From Calditrichota bacterium (GTDB taxonomy: Bacteria; CLD3), in assembly GCA_008501735.1 (NCBI GenBank), contig QQUF01000033.1, forward strand, positions 65,727 to 129,726: DNA of 64,000 bases, read 5' to 3'. Positions 28,379 to 37,001 of the stretch are shown one piece after another. The stretch's first letter is position 1. Each line of letters starts with the position of its first letter. Made by a program: the position numbers and the translations under genes. The notes under the pieces are model-generated. The model saw only the letters and a program-made list of their open reading frames with translations. It was not told where the DNA came from and made no database searches.

Positions 28379-29161
28379 ATGAATAAAAAAAATACAACTT
28401 GGGACGCAAATCAATATTTGAAATTTGAAAACAAACGCCTTCGCCCAGCACTTGAGCTTTTAGACAGAATTCCTTTAAAATCACCTAAAAAAATTCTCGA
28501 CTTAGGTTGTGGAACTGGAAATGTTACAAAAATTATTTCCGAAAGATGGCAAAGTTCTAAAGTCATTGGTTTGGACAGTTCGCAGCAAATGTTGGAAAAA
28601 GCTCAAAAATTCTCAAGTGAAATAACTTGGCAACTTCAAGACATAAATTCTTGGAATCCTGATGAAACTTTCGATTTAATTTATTCCAATGCGACTTTGC
28701 ATTGGGTAAAAAACCACACTGAAATTTTCAGTCGTTTGCTTTCTAAAATCAATAAAAATGGCTTCTTAGCAATCCAAATGCCTTTAAATCAGAAAGCTCC
28801 TTCACACGCTCTAATGAGTAAAGTTTTAACAGAATTGAATTTTTGCAGTGAAGAATTTAGAGAAAATTTGTGGGCAAAAGCAGTTGAAGAACCTTCATTT
28901 TATTACGATTTATTAGCCCCGAAAGTCAAAATGATTGATATTTGGACAACAACTTACTATCAAATTATGGAAGGTGAAAATCCAATTTACGAATGGGTAA
29001 AATCAACTGGTTTGAGACCTGTTTTGAAAAATTTGACTGAAATGGAAAAAGAAATTTTTATTCCTGAATATCAGAAAAGACTTAGAATTGCTTACCCAAA
29101 ACAAAAAGACAGAAAAACAATTTTCCCTTTTACAAGGCTTTTCATTGTGGCACAAGTTTAA
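28379..29161 (+). CDS. tam: Trans-aconitate 2-methyltransferase
   Basis: WDANQYLKF...RPALELL, DLGCGTGN, SNATLHWV, EWVKSTGLRP, FPFTRLFIVA. Confidence 0.88.
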   Translation: MNKKNTTWDANQYLKFENKRLRPALELLDRIPLKSPKKILDLGCGTGNVTKIISERWQSSKVIGLDSSQQMLEKAQKFSSEITWQLQDINSWNPDETFDLIYSNATLHWVKNHTEIFSRLLSKINKNGFLAIQMPLNQKAPSHALMSKVLTELNFCSEEFRENLWAKAVEEPSFYYDLLAPKVKMIDIWTTTYYQIMEGENPIYEWVKSTGLRPVLKNLTEMEKEIFIPEYQKRLRIAYPKQKDRKTIFPFTRLFIVAQV

Positions 29162-29163
29162 AC

Positions 29164-29194
29164 AAAAAAAGGACACAAAAACTTGTGTCCTTTT
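29164..29194. terminator. Bidirectional intrinsic terminator between convergent tam and leuB
   Basis: A7-GGACACAA-loop-TTGTGTCC-T4. Confidence 0.85.
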
Positions 29195-29216
29195 AAAATC
29201 TTAAGAAAAATATTTT

Positions 29217-30278
29217 CTAATTATTTTTTACGAAATCCACTAAGAACTTGCCGACTTCTTTTGTCGTTAAATTTCCGCCTAAATCTTTTGTAACATTCTT
29301 TGTAGAAATTGCTTCGAGAACTGATTTTTCGGCAAGTAAAGAGGCTTCTTTGAAACCTAAGTAATCCAACATCATTTGCACTGTCATAACAGCTGCAAGT
29401 GGGTTTGCAATTCCTTTTCCAGCTATGTCAGGTGCACTTCCGTGAACAGGTTCAAAAAGTGAGACTTTGCCCGGATTTAAATTTCCTGAAGCAGCCATTC
29501 CCATTCCACCTTGCAATTGAGCGGCTAAATCTGTAATTATGTCACCAAAAAGGTTACAAGTTACAATGACTTCAAATTCTTCGGGAGCTCTAACCAAATT
29601 CATTACAATTGCATCAACGAATTGGTGAGAAATTTCCATTTCAGGGTATTCGGCAGCAACGTCCTTGAAAGTTCGCATCCACAAATCACCTTCAAATCGC
29701 ATCGCATTACCTTTGTCGCTCATACAAACTTTTGTCAAGTTATTGTTTTTTGCGTACTCAAATGCGTAACGAATGATTCTTTCAACACCTTTGCGAGTGT
29801 TAATACTTTCTTGTAAAGCAATTTCGTCTGGAGTTCCTTTTTTGAAAGATGCACCTGCGGAAACATAAATTCCCTCTGTGTTTTCACGACAGACAACAAA
29901 ATTAATGTCATCTTTTGTTTTGCCTTTTAAGGGGCAAAGGTTTTCATCGTAAACTTTTGAAGGTCTGAAATTCACAAAAAGGTCTAATTTGAACCTTAAA
30001 CCTAAAAGTATGTCTTTTGCGTGAACATTCGTTGGAACTCTCGAGTCTCCAAGTGCTCCAAGAAAAATCGCATCGTAATTTTGACGAAAGTTTTCAACCT
30101 CGTCATCAGGCAGAGTAATTCCTGTTTTTAGGTAATGCTCTGCACTGTAAGGAAAGTTGTCGATTTGGAAATCAAGGTTAAGTTTTGAACAAATCGCTTC
30201 TAAAACTTCAACTCCGACTTCGCAAACATCAACTCCAATTCCATCTCCTGGAATAACTGCTATTCGTTTTTTTGACAT
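29217..30278 (-). CDS. leuB: 3-isopropylmalate dehydrogenase / isocitrate-isopropylmalate dehydrogenase family
   Basis: IPGDGIG, RENTEGIY, NLFGDIITDL, LFEPVHGSAPDIAGKGIANP. Confidence 0.8.
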   Translation of the reverse strand: MSKKRIAVIPGDGIGVDVCEVGVEVLEAICSKLNLDFQIDNFPYSAEHYLKTGITLPDDEVENFRQNYDAIFLGALGDSRVPTNVHAKDILLGLRFKLDLFVNFRPSKVYDENLCPLKGKTKDDINFVVCRENTEGIYVSAGASFKKGTPDEIALQESINTRKGVERIIRYAFEYAKNNNLTKVCMSDKGNAMRFEGDLWMRTFKDVAAEYPEMEISHQFVDAIVMNLVRAPEEFEVIVTCNLFGDIITDLAAQLQGGMGMAASGNLNPGKVSLFEPVHGSAPDIAGKGIANPLAAVMTVQMMLDYLGFKEASLLAEKSVLEAISTKNVTKDLGGNLTTKEVGKFLVDFVKNN

Positions 30279-30286
30279 TAGAAAGA

Positions 30287-30643
30287 TTACCCTTTTCTAA
30301 AGGTATCTTTTTCTTTAATTCTTGCAGCTTTACCTCTAAGACTTCTTAAGTAGTAAAGTTTTGCTCTTCTAACACTTCCGCGAGTCAAAACATCAATGTG
30401 GTCGATAATTGGTGAATTTAAAGGAAAAATTCTTTCAACACCGATTCCATTTGAAATTTTTCTAACTGTAAAACATTCAGAAATTTGTGAGCCTTTTCTT
30501 GAAATCACAACTCCTTGAAATAACTGAACTCTTTCTTTGTTACCTTCCACGATTTTTACGTGAACAGCAACTGTATCTCCAGGGCTAAATTCTGGATGAT
30601 CCGTTCTAATTTGGTCTTGGTTGAGTGAATCAACTTTATTCAT
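30287..30643 (-). CDS. rplS: 50S ribosomal protein L19
   Basis: [36 protein letters not shown]. Confidence 0.98.
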   Translation of the reverse strand: MNKVDSLNQDQIRTDHPEFSPGDTVAVHVKIVEGNKERVQLFQGVVISRKGSQISECFTVRKISNGIGVERIFPLNSPIIDHIDVLTRGSVRRAKLYYLRSLRGKAARIKEKDTFRKG

Positions 30644-30663
30644 TTTTATATCTCCTGTAATTT

Positions 30664-31344
30664 TTAATTTTCTAAAAGGTCTGGTCTATTTTTTTTAGTT
30701 ATTTCTAATGATTTTTTATTACGCCATTTTTTAATATTTTCGTGATGCCCTGAAAGTAAAACTTCTGGGACTTCAATGCCTTTGAAATTCGCAGGTCTTG
30801 TGTAATGTGGATAATCTAAAACTTCGTTTTCAAAAGAATCAGTGTTAGCCGAATCAATATTTCCAAGAACTCCTGGAACTAAACGAGTAACTGAATCAAC
30901 CAAAGTCAAAGCTGGAATTTCTCCACCTGTTAGAATAAAATCGCCTAAGGAAATTTCTTCATCAACAAGTTCGTCAATCACTCTTTGGTCAAGCCCTTTG
31001 TAATGCCCACAAAGAATTATCAGGTTTTCTTTTTCTTTAAGTTCACGCACTTTTTTCTGATTTAAAGGCTTTCCTGTTGGCGTAAAAAAAACTGTATGAA
31101 ATTTTGATTTAGAATTTTTCACTAAATTTTCATAACAGTTAAATATTGGTTCAGGTTTCAAAATCATTCCTGCTCCTCCACCAAAAGGGTAATCGTCAGC
31201 TGTGTTGTGCTTGTCAGTTGCAAAATCTCTGAAATTGTGAAGCTCGACTTTAACAATTTTTTTCTCAATCGCTTTTCCAACCACACTTGATTGCAAAGGT
31301 GAAGTGAAAAAATCTGGAAATAATGTCAAAATATGAAACTTCAT
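30664..31344 (-). CDS. trmD: tRNA (guanine37-N1)-methyltransferase
   Basis: [42 protein letters not shown]. Confidence 0.97.
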   Translation of the reverse strand: MKFHILTLFPDFFTSPLQSSVVGKAIEKKIVKVELHNFRDFATDKHNTADDYPFGGGAGMILKPEPIFNCYENLVKNSKSKFHTVFFTPTGKPLNQKKVRELKEKENLIILCGHYKGLDQRVIDELVDEEISLGDFILTGGEIPALTLVDSVTRLVPGVLGNIDSANTDSFENEVLDYPHYTRPANFKGIEVPEVLLSGHHENIKKWRNKKSLEITKKNRPDLLEN

Positions 31345-31860
31345 CTAATCAATCATTCCGTCAATTGGTTTAACAACAAGTAATGAATCTTTTAGGTTAA
31401 TTGATTTAACAAATTCTTTTCGAGAAGGTATCAAAAATTCTTTTTTGTCTTCATCTCTTTTGATAACGTAAACATCAGATTCACCAACAGGAATTAAATC
31501 CGTAACTTTGCCAAGATAAAAACCACTTTCAGTTTCAACTCTTAACCCAATTAAATCAAAAACAAAAAACTCATCTTTTTCTAATTCGATAAGTTCAGTT
31601 TCTGAAATATTTAGGTAAGAACCAACCAAAGAATCTGAAGCATTTCTATCATTTATTCCATCAAGAACTAAAATTAAGCCATTTGATGAATAGCGAGTTT
31701 TTTTTAGTTTAATTTCCATTTTATTACCGTTTGGATATTCAAGAGTTACCTTTTCAAGTTTCTCAAATCTTTCAGGATAGCTTGTCAATGGAAGAACTTT
31801 AACTTCACCTTTGAGTCCGTGGCTTTTAGAAATTTTACCAATAGTTACAAGTTTTGCCAA
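31345..31860 (-). CDS. rimM: 16S rRNA processing protein RimM (likely TTG start at 31860)
   Basis: IGKISKSHGLKGEVKV, DLIGLRV, PRC-barrel end; position between khpA and trmD. Confidence 0.93.
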   Translation of the reverse strand: MAKLVTIGKISKSHGLKGEVKVLPLTSYPERFEKLEKVTLEYPNGNKMEIKLKKTRYSSNGLILVLDGINDRNASDSLVGSYLNISETELIELEKDEFFVFDLIGLRVETESGFYLGKVTDLIPVGESDVYVIKRDEDKKEFLIPSRKEFVKSINLKDSLLVVKPIDGMID

Positions 31861-31898
31861 CTTTTTTCTTTTTGTCAAAATTTTAATGAGCAAAATTT

Positions 31899-31992
31899 AG
31901 GGACTGTAAACATCTAAATAAAATTTATCCGAAGTTCACAATCCCTTAAAATAGTAAAAGGCGAAAAACACAAAAATTGCAAATTTCGCCTT
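31899..31992 (-). terminator. Two stem-loops between khpA and rimM (terminator/attenuator-like)
   Basis: AAGGCGAAA/TTTCGCCTT-TT (31958-31992) and a 13-bp stem AGGGAUUGUGAAC/GUUUACAGUCCCU (31899-31946) that pairs fully only on the mRNA strand via G-U pairs. Confidence 0.6.
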
Positions 31993-32000
31993 AATAATTT

Positions 32001-32231
32001 TTATTCTAAAATTTCGAGAACAGCTCTTTTACCAGCCTTTGCTGAAGCTGCATTTAGAAGTGTGCGAACTGCGTGTGCTGTTTGCCCTCTTCTACCGATG
32101 ACTTTTCCTAAATCACCTTCACCAACTCGTAATTCGTAAACTACTGTTCTTTCGCCTTCAATCTCAGAAACACTTACTGAGTCCGGGTCATCTACTAAAT
32201 GTTTTACAATAAATTCTACAAAATCCGTCAT
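32001..32231 (-). CDS. khpA: KH-domain RNA-binding protein KhpA/YlqC, copy 2
   Basis: [28 protein letters not shown]. Confidence 0.95.
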   Translation of the reverse strand: MTDFVEFIVKHLVDDPDSVSVSEIEGERTVVYELRVGEGDLGKVIGRRGQTAHAVRTLLNAASAKAGKRAVLEILE

Positions 32232-32267
32232 CTTTTTTACCTCTAATTTTCTATTACTATAGTAAAG

Positions 32268-32498
32268 TTATTCTAGAATTTCCAAAACTGCTCTTCTTCC
32301 TGCTTTAGCCGAAGCTGCATTTAGAAGTGTACGAACTGCGTGTGCTGTTTGTCCTTTGCGACCGATGACTTTTCCTAAGTCACCTTCACCAACTCGTAAT
32401 TCATAAACTACTGTTCTTTCACCTTCAACTTCTGAAACACTTACTGCATCAGGGTCGTCAACAAGATGTTTTGCGATGAATTCAATAAAATTTTTCAT
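32268..32498 (-). CDS. khpA: KH-domain RNA-binding protein KhpA/YlqC, copy 1
   Basis: [27 protein letters not shown]; directly downstream of rpsP. Confidence 0.95.
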   Translation of the reverse strand: MKNFIEFIAKHLVDDPDAVSVSEVEGERTVVYELRVGEGDLGKVIGRKGQTAHAVRTLLNAASAKAGRRAVLEILE

Positions 32499-32529
32499 TC
32501 GGAAATTACCTCCCGGGTTTTAGAAAAGA

Positions 32530-32961
32530 TTAATTTTCAGAAGTAGTTTCTGTATTTTCAGGTTCAGCTACAACTTCTTCTTTAGACGTATCTTTTGCTT
32601 TTGTCGCTTCTTTCTTTTCAGTTTTTGCGGCTTTCTTTGCTGCTTTTGCTTCTGACCATTTTTCCATTTCAGCAGCTACATCAGCTGGAGAAAGTCCTCT
32701 TTTAGTCAAAGCTCGTTTGTAAAGAATACCTTCAGCTTTTAATAAGTTAGAAACTGTATCAGTTGGGATTGCTCCGTTATCTAACCAATTAATTACTTTT
32801 TCTTCATCAATTTCAACAATCGGTGGATTATGAATTGGGTCGAAAGTTCCAACTCTTTCAATGTATCTACCATCTCTTTTCGCGCTATTTTCTGCGGCTA
32901 CGATTCTGTAAAAAGGTCTTTTTGTGCGTCCAAATCTTGCTAATCTAATTTTAACTGACAA
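32530..32961 (-). CDS. rpsP: 30S ribosomal protein S16 with C-terminal extension
   Basis: VKIRLARFG.KRPFYRIV, RDGRYIE.VG, GA.PTDTV; Lys/Glu-rich tail. Confidence 0.97.
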   Translation of the reverse strand: MSVKIRLARFGRTKRPFYRIVAAENSAKRDGRYIERVGTFDPIHNPPIVEIDEEKVINWLDNGAIPTDTVSNLLKAEGILYKRALTKRGLSPADVAAEMEKWSEAKAAKKAAKTEKKEATKAKDTSKEEVVAEPENTETTSEN

Positions 32962-33017
32962 TTTAGAATACCCTTGTTTTAATAGTTATTAATTAATTTA
33001 TTAAATGTTTTCATACT

Positions 33018-34376
33018 TTACAAGCCCGGAATTTTGGGCATTCCTGGAAGCCCTTTTGCCATTTTCATCAAACCTTTTTTGCCTTTAGACATTTTACCAA
33101 ATTGGTTCATCATCTTTTGCATCTGAGAAAATTGCTTTAAAAATTTATTTACTTCGTGTAAACTTGTTCCAGAACCTTTTGCTATTCTTTTTCTTCTACC
33201 ACCATTGAGGATTTTAGGTCTTGACTTCTCTTTATCGGTCATAGAACAAATTATAGCTTCGATTCTTTTGAATGAATCATCGTCAATTTTTGCGTCTTGA
33301 ATCATTGATTGATTCATTCCTGGCATCATTCCGACCAATTGATTCAAAGGTCCAAGTTTTTTTATCTGCTGTAATTGCTTATAAAAATCAGTAATTGTAA
33401 ATTCATTTTTGAGAATTTTTTCTTCTAATTCTTTAGCCTCATTTTCGGAAAAAGTTTCTTGGGCTCTTTCAACAAATGAAACGATGTCGCCCATTCCAAG
33501 AATTCTTGAGGCTAAACGGTCAGGGTGAAAAATCTCTAAATCAGTTGGTTTTTCACCAACACCAATGAATTTTATTGGTTTTCCTGTGATTGTGCGAATA
33601 GAAAGTGCTGCTCCACCTTTTGCATCACCGTCCATTTTTGTAAGAACAATTCCGTCGTAGTCAACTTGCTCCGAAAACTCTTTTGCACTGTTTACTGCGT
33701 CTTGTCCAGTCATTGCATCAACTACAAACAAAATCTCATTTGGATTTACAGAAGACTTTACTTCTTGCAACTCTGCCATAAGTTTTTCATCAATGTGCAA
33801 ACGACCTGCAGTATCAAGAATTACGTAATCAGCGTAATTGTCAACTGCGTATTTAACTGCATTTTTACAAATTTGAACTGCGTCTTTCGAGTCATCAGTA
33901 ACAACTGGAATTCCCATAGATTTGCCAAGAGTCTTAAGCTGGTCTTTTGCCGCAGGTCTGTAAACGTCTGCTCCGGCAAGAACTACACTTTTTTTCTCTT
34001 TCTTTAACTTGAGAGCTAATTTGCCACAAAAAGTCGTTTTTCCTGAACCTTGTAACCCGACAACCATTATTATTGTCAATGAACTTTTGTTTTCGTAAAT
34101 CGGAACGTATTCTTTGCCTAAAAGATCAACTAACTCGTCGTGAATAATTTTAATGATTAATTGTCCAGGCTTAATGGACTTGATTACTTCAGTGCCAACA
34201 GCTTTTTCACGAATTTTATCGATGAATTGCTTGGTAACTTTGAAGTTTACATCAGCTTCTAAAAAAGCCCTTCTAACCTCTCGAAGTGAGTCAGATATAT
34301 TTTCCTCAGACAATACTCCCTGACCGCGAAGATTGCGAAAAACCGATTCTAACTTGTCTTGTAACTGTCCGAACAT
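33018..34376 (-). CDS. ffh: Signal recognition particle protein Ffh
   Basis: GLQGSGKTT, DVYRPAA, DTAGRL, TKMDGDAKGGAALS, RILGMGD, M domain. Confidence 0.98.
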   Translation of the reverse strand: MFGQLQDKLESVFRNLRGQGVLSEENISDSLREVRRAFLEADVNFKVTKQFIDKIREKAVGTEVIKSIKPGQLIIKIIHDELVDLLGKEYVPIYENKSSLTIIMVVGLQGSGKTTFCGKLALKLKKEKKSVVLAGADVYRPAAKDQLKTLGKSMGIPVVTDDSKDAVQICKNAVKYAVDNYADYVILDTAGRLHIDEKLMAELQEVKSSVNPNEILFVVDAMTGQDAVNSAKEFSEQVDYDGIVLTKMDGDAKGGAALSIRTITGKPIKFIGVGEKPTDLEIFHPDRLASRILGMGDIVSFVERAQETFSENEAKELEEKILKNEFTITDFYKQLQQIKKLGPLNQLVGMMPGMNQSMIQDAKIDDDSFKRIEAIICSMTDKEKSRPKILNGGRRKRIAKGSGTSLHEVNKFLKQFSQMQKMMNQFGKMSKGKKGLMKMAKGLPGMPKIPGL

Positions 34377-34460
34377 TAAAAATTACTCTAAAATTAAAGT
34401 TTGTCAATTTAACATTTGAAAATTAACAAAGCAAGAAATTAGTTTTAGTAAATTTTATTA

Positions 34461-34688
34461 TTATTTAACAGGGTCAAAACCACCATTACTAAAAGGATTA
34501 CACCTTAGAATTCGCCAAACCCCAAAACAAAAACCAATCACAAATCCTTTTTTCGTAAGGGATTGCAGAAAATACTCTGAGCAACTTGGGTGATATTTAC
34601 AACTCGCAGGGAACATTGGAGAAATTGCGAATTGGTAGAATTTGATTACCCAAACCAAAATGATTGTGAAAGGGTTTTTAATTTTCAT
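34461..34688 (-). CDS. yidD: Membrane protein insertion efficiency factor YidD
   Basis: YQFAISP, CKYHPSCSEY, RILRCNPFSNGGFDPV. Confidence 0.95.
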   Translation of the reverse strand: MKIKNPFTIILVWVIKFYQFAISPMFPASCKYHPSCSEYFLQSLTKKGFVIGFCFGVWRILRCNPFSNGGFDPVK

Positions 34689-34772
34689 AGTTTTTATTGA
34701 TTGAAATTTTTAAGCGTTACGACGACTGAAAGTCATTGCATCGCCTTTCTACTGGCTTCTGACTTCTCTCCC

Positions 34773-35567
34773 TTAAAAATTCACCATTGACCAGTCGCTT
34801 GGCTCTTTTTTTACAAAATTTCCAACGCCAAATTTACAGGCTTCTGTGCTTCGACTTAAAGTATTAACAGTAGCTGCATATTGAAGTGCAGACTCTAATC
34901 CCATTCCATTGATTTTTGACATCATTTCTAAAGTGAATCTCATAGAAGTGCCACTTGAATTTTTGACTAATGAATTTGCTAATTGCTCTACTCTTTCATC
35001 AAGTTTTTCAAGCTCAACTGATTCATTTATTAAACGAATTTCTTTTGCATATTCAGCTGTTATTAATTTCCCCGTCAAAAAAAGGTCGAAAAGGTCTGTT
35101 TCTGAAACTCTTTGTTTTACAAAAAACATAATTTGAGCTGGAACAAAACCAATCTTGACTTCTGTAAATCCAAATTTTGCCTCATTTGAAGAAACAATTA
35201 AATGACAAGCAGAAGCAAGTCCTGCTCCTCCTGCAATTGCGTGACCATTTACTTTTGCGATTACAGGTTTCTTAAGGTTCCTGATTGTCAAAAATAAATT
35301 CATTAATGCTTCTGAATCGTTTTTGTTTTCAACTGTCGAGTTTTCAAGAATTGAATTTAGGACTTTTAAATCTGCTCCTGCACAAAAGACTTTTCCGACT
35401 CCAGAAATTACAATTACCTTAATCCTTGGGTCTTCCTCAGCACGATTCAATGCATCTGTGAGTTCTTCAACAATTTGAAAATTTAATGCGTTACCAACTT
35501 TCGGGCGATTTAAATAAAGATATGCAATCTTTCCATTTACGTCTTCAATTAGACTTTCAGAAATCAT
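34773..35567 (-). CDS. Enoyl-CoA hydratase/isomerase (methylglutaconyl-CoA hydratase-like)
   Basis: LNRPKVGNAL, FCAGADL, KPVIAKVNGHAIAGGAGL, FGFTEVKIGFVPA. Confidence 0.9.
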   Translation of the reverse strand: MISESLIEDVNGKIAYLYLNRPKVGNALNFQIVEELTDALNRAEEDPRIKVIVISGVGKVFCAGADLKVLNSILENSTVENKNDSEALMNLFLTIRNLKKPVIAKVNGHAIAGGAGLASACHLIVSSNEAKFGFTEVKIGFVPAQIMFFVKQRVSETDLFDLFLTGKLITAEYAKEIRLINESVELEKLDERVEQLANSLVKNSSGTSMRFTLEMMSKINGMGLESALQYAATVNTLSRSTEACKFGVGNFVKKEPSDWSMVNF

Positions 35568-35909
35568 TTAAAACTCCCTTTGAGCTTTAAAATTATTAGG
35601 AACTTCTATTTCCATTTGAAGGAGAGCTTGACCGTGAGTTTTACCTTGTGCATCAGTTTTCAAAGAAGCTGAACCTCCACCACCGAGCGAATCATTTAAA
35701 ATAAAATTTAGAGCTAACAAATTCGGAACTCTATATTTTTCAACTTCACCCAAACAAATTTTGTGGAAATGATTTTTCACTGTTTCTTCTGTAAGTTTCG
35801 AATCTAATATTTTATAAAATTCTTCGTTGTAAGCAATAACTCCAACATTTGAAGCTGCTCCTTTGTCTCCTGAACGAGCGTGAGCAATTTGTCCGACTTT
35901 TATTTTCAT
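35568..35909 (-). CDS. AtuA-related small protein (C-terminal AtuA-like domain)
   Basis: AHARSGDKG..SNVGVI, LALNF.L..SLGGGG..SL.TDAQGK. Confidence 0.85.
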   Translation of the reverse strand: MKIKVGQIAHARSGDKGAASNVGVIAYNEEFYKILDSKLTEETVKNHFHKICLGEVEKYRVPNLLALNFILNDSLGGGGSASLKTDAQGKTHGQALLQMEIEVPNNFKAQREF

Positions 35910-35987
35910 TGTTAATCCTATAAGTTTTAAAGTTTGACAAATTTAATCAATTTTGGGGAATTAAACAAAAAATGAAAACTATTAGAC

Positions 35988-36026
35988 AAAAAAAATGGAA
36001 TGTTTACAAAGGAAGTAAACATTCCA
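35988..36026 (-). terminator. Intrinsic terminator (minus strand)
   Basis: Perfect 12-bp stem TGGAATGTTTAC/GTAAACATTCCA with 7-nt loop, followed by U8 on the minus strand. Confidence 0.85.
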
Positions 36027-36070
36027 AACTGATTCTACCATTTGAAAGGAGGGAAATTTTTCGGTGGGTA
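35988..36070 (-). ncRNA. Candidate ~83-nt small RNA with anti-Shine-Dalgarno motif
   Basis: Lies between a sigma54-like promoter and a strong terminator; contains UUUCCCUCCUUUC; no ORF. Confidence 0.5.
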
Positions 36071-36080
36071 ATTAGATTGC

Positions 36081-36097
36081 TTCAAATCTAATGCCAA
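36081..36097 (-). promoter_or_regulatory. Sigma54 (RpoN)-like -24/-12 promoter
   Basis: TTGGCATTAGATTTGAA versus TGGCACG-N4-TTGCW; correct GG..G spacing, but A instead of C at -12; three GACA(C/T)(C/A)AAT repeats upstream. Confidence 0.45.
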
Positions 36098-36259
36098 GAA
36101 AAACCCGTAACAAAAGGACTTTCAGCAACAGTAACAATTTTTTGAAAGGTAAAAAGACATCAATCCCTCAAGACACCAATCGACACAAATAACTATTTTT
36201 ATTCTATTTCTATAAATTATTGTAGCGTCTTTACCACAACAACAAGACTTGCATCAATG

Positions 36260-36913
36260 TTAGGAGCCTTTAACAATTTTACCAGAACCATTTACAGAAT
36301 TTGAAATATTAGTTGGATTCCCGTGATAGATAATTTTTCCACTTCCATTAATATCTGAATTTATGCTTCGTTCTGAACTGATTTCAACTTTTCCTGAACC
36401 GTTAATTTCAACATCAACATTTTCAGCTTTTAAGTTTTGACTTTCTACTTTCCCTGAACCATTAATTTCAACATCAAAATCTTTAGTCTTTCCGTTTGCA
36501 TAAATCTTACCTGAGCCATTCATCTCAACACTAAGTCTATCGTTCTGAAAATTATCAATTTCAATTTTACCCGAGCCATTCAATTCAACGTAATCAACTT
36601 CGTCAGAGCCAATTCTTACTTTGATAGTTTCTGTAGTCTGAACATTATTTTCCGTATAAATTCTCAAAACATCACCACGAACTTCTGAAATAATATGAGG
36701 CAAAATGTTTTCTTCCGCTTCAATTTCTAAAGTTTCATTTTTGGAATGTTCTATAAAAACTTTGAAAGAGCCATCAACAACAACTTTCTCAAAATTTGAA
36801 ACATTTCGTTTTTCGGCGACAACATTACCATTCCCTTTGATGTTTTTCGCAGAAGCACAAGCTGAGATTAAACCCAAAATCAGAAAAAAATTAATTAGAT
36901 TAAATTTTTTCAT
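36260..36913 (-). CDS. Lipoprotein with head GIN domain (DUF2807, putative auto-transporter adhesin)
   Basis: Lipobox LISAC; IKGNGNVV.E.R; repeated V.INGSGK.. beta-helix; Y.GNP. Confidence 0.9.
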   Translation of the reverse strand: MKKFNLINFFLILGLISACASAKNIKGNGNVVAEKRNVSNFEKVVVDGSFKVFIEHSKNETLEIEAEENILPHIISEVRGDVLRIYTENNVQTTETIKVRIGSDEVDYVELNGSGKIEIDNFQNDRLSVEMNGSGKIYANGKTKDFDVEINGSGKVESQNLKAENVDVEINGSGKVEISSERSINSDINGSGKIIYHGNPTNISNSVNGSGKIVKGS

Positions 36914-36949
36914 TTTGTTACCTATAAATTTTGTTTAGAATTTCACTCT

Positions 36950-36977
36950 CTTACACTTTTATTTTTTAAAAGTTTCA
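36950..36977 (-). promoter_or_regulatory. ECF-sigma-like promoter for the DUF2807 gene
   Basis: TGAAAC-N16-TGTAAG on the minus strand ~40 bp upstream of the ATG. Confidence 0.4.
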
Positions 36978-37001
36978 TTTCACTTAATTGAAAAACTAAG
37001 A

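Noticed and set aside
31861..31893. Longer rimM start given by the ORF track
   Set aside because: RimM homology begins at TTG 31860; the extension is a low-complexity A-rich leader
32001..32498. khpA pair as an assembly artefact or DGR template/variable repeat
   Set aside because: Differences are spread over synonymous sites, are not adenine-specific, and no reverse transcriptase is present
32530..32700. Long C-terminal tail on S16
   Set aside because: Extended S16 is well known in FCB-group and other lineages
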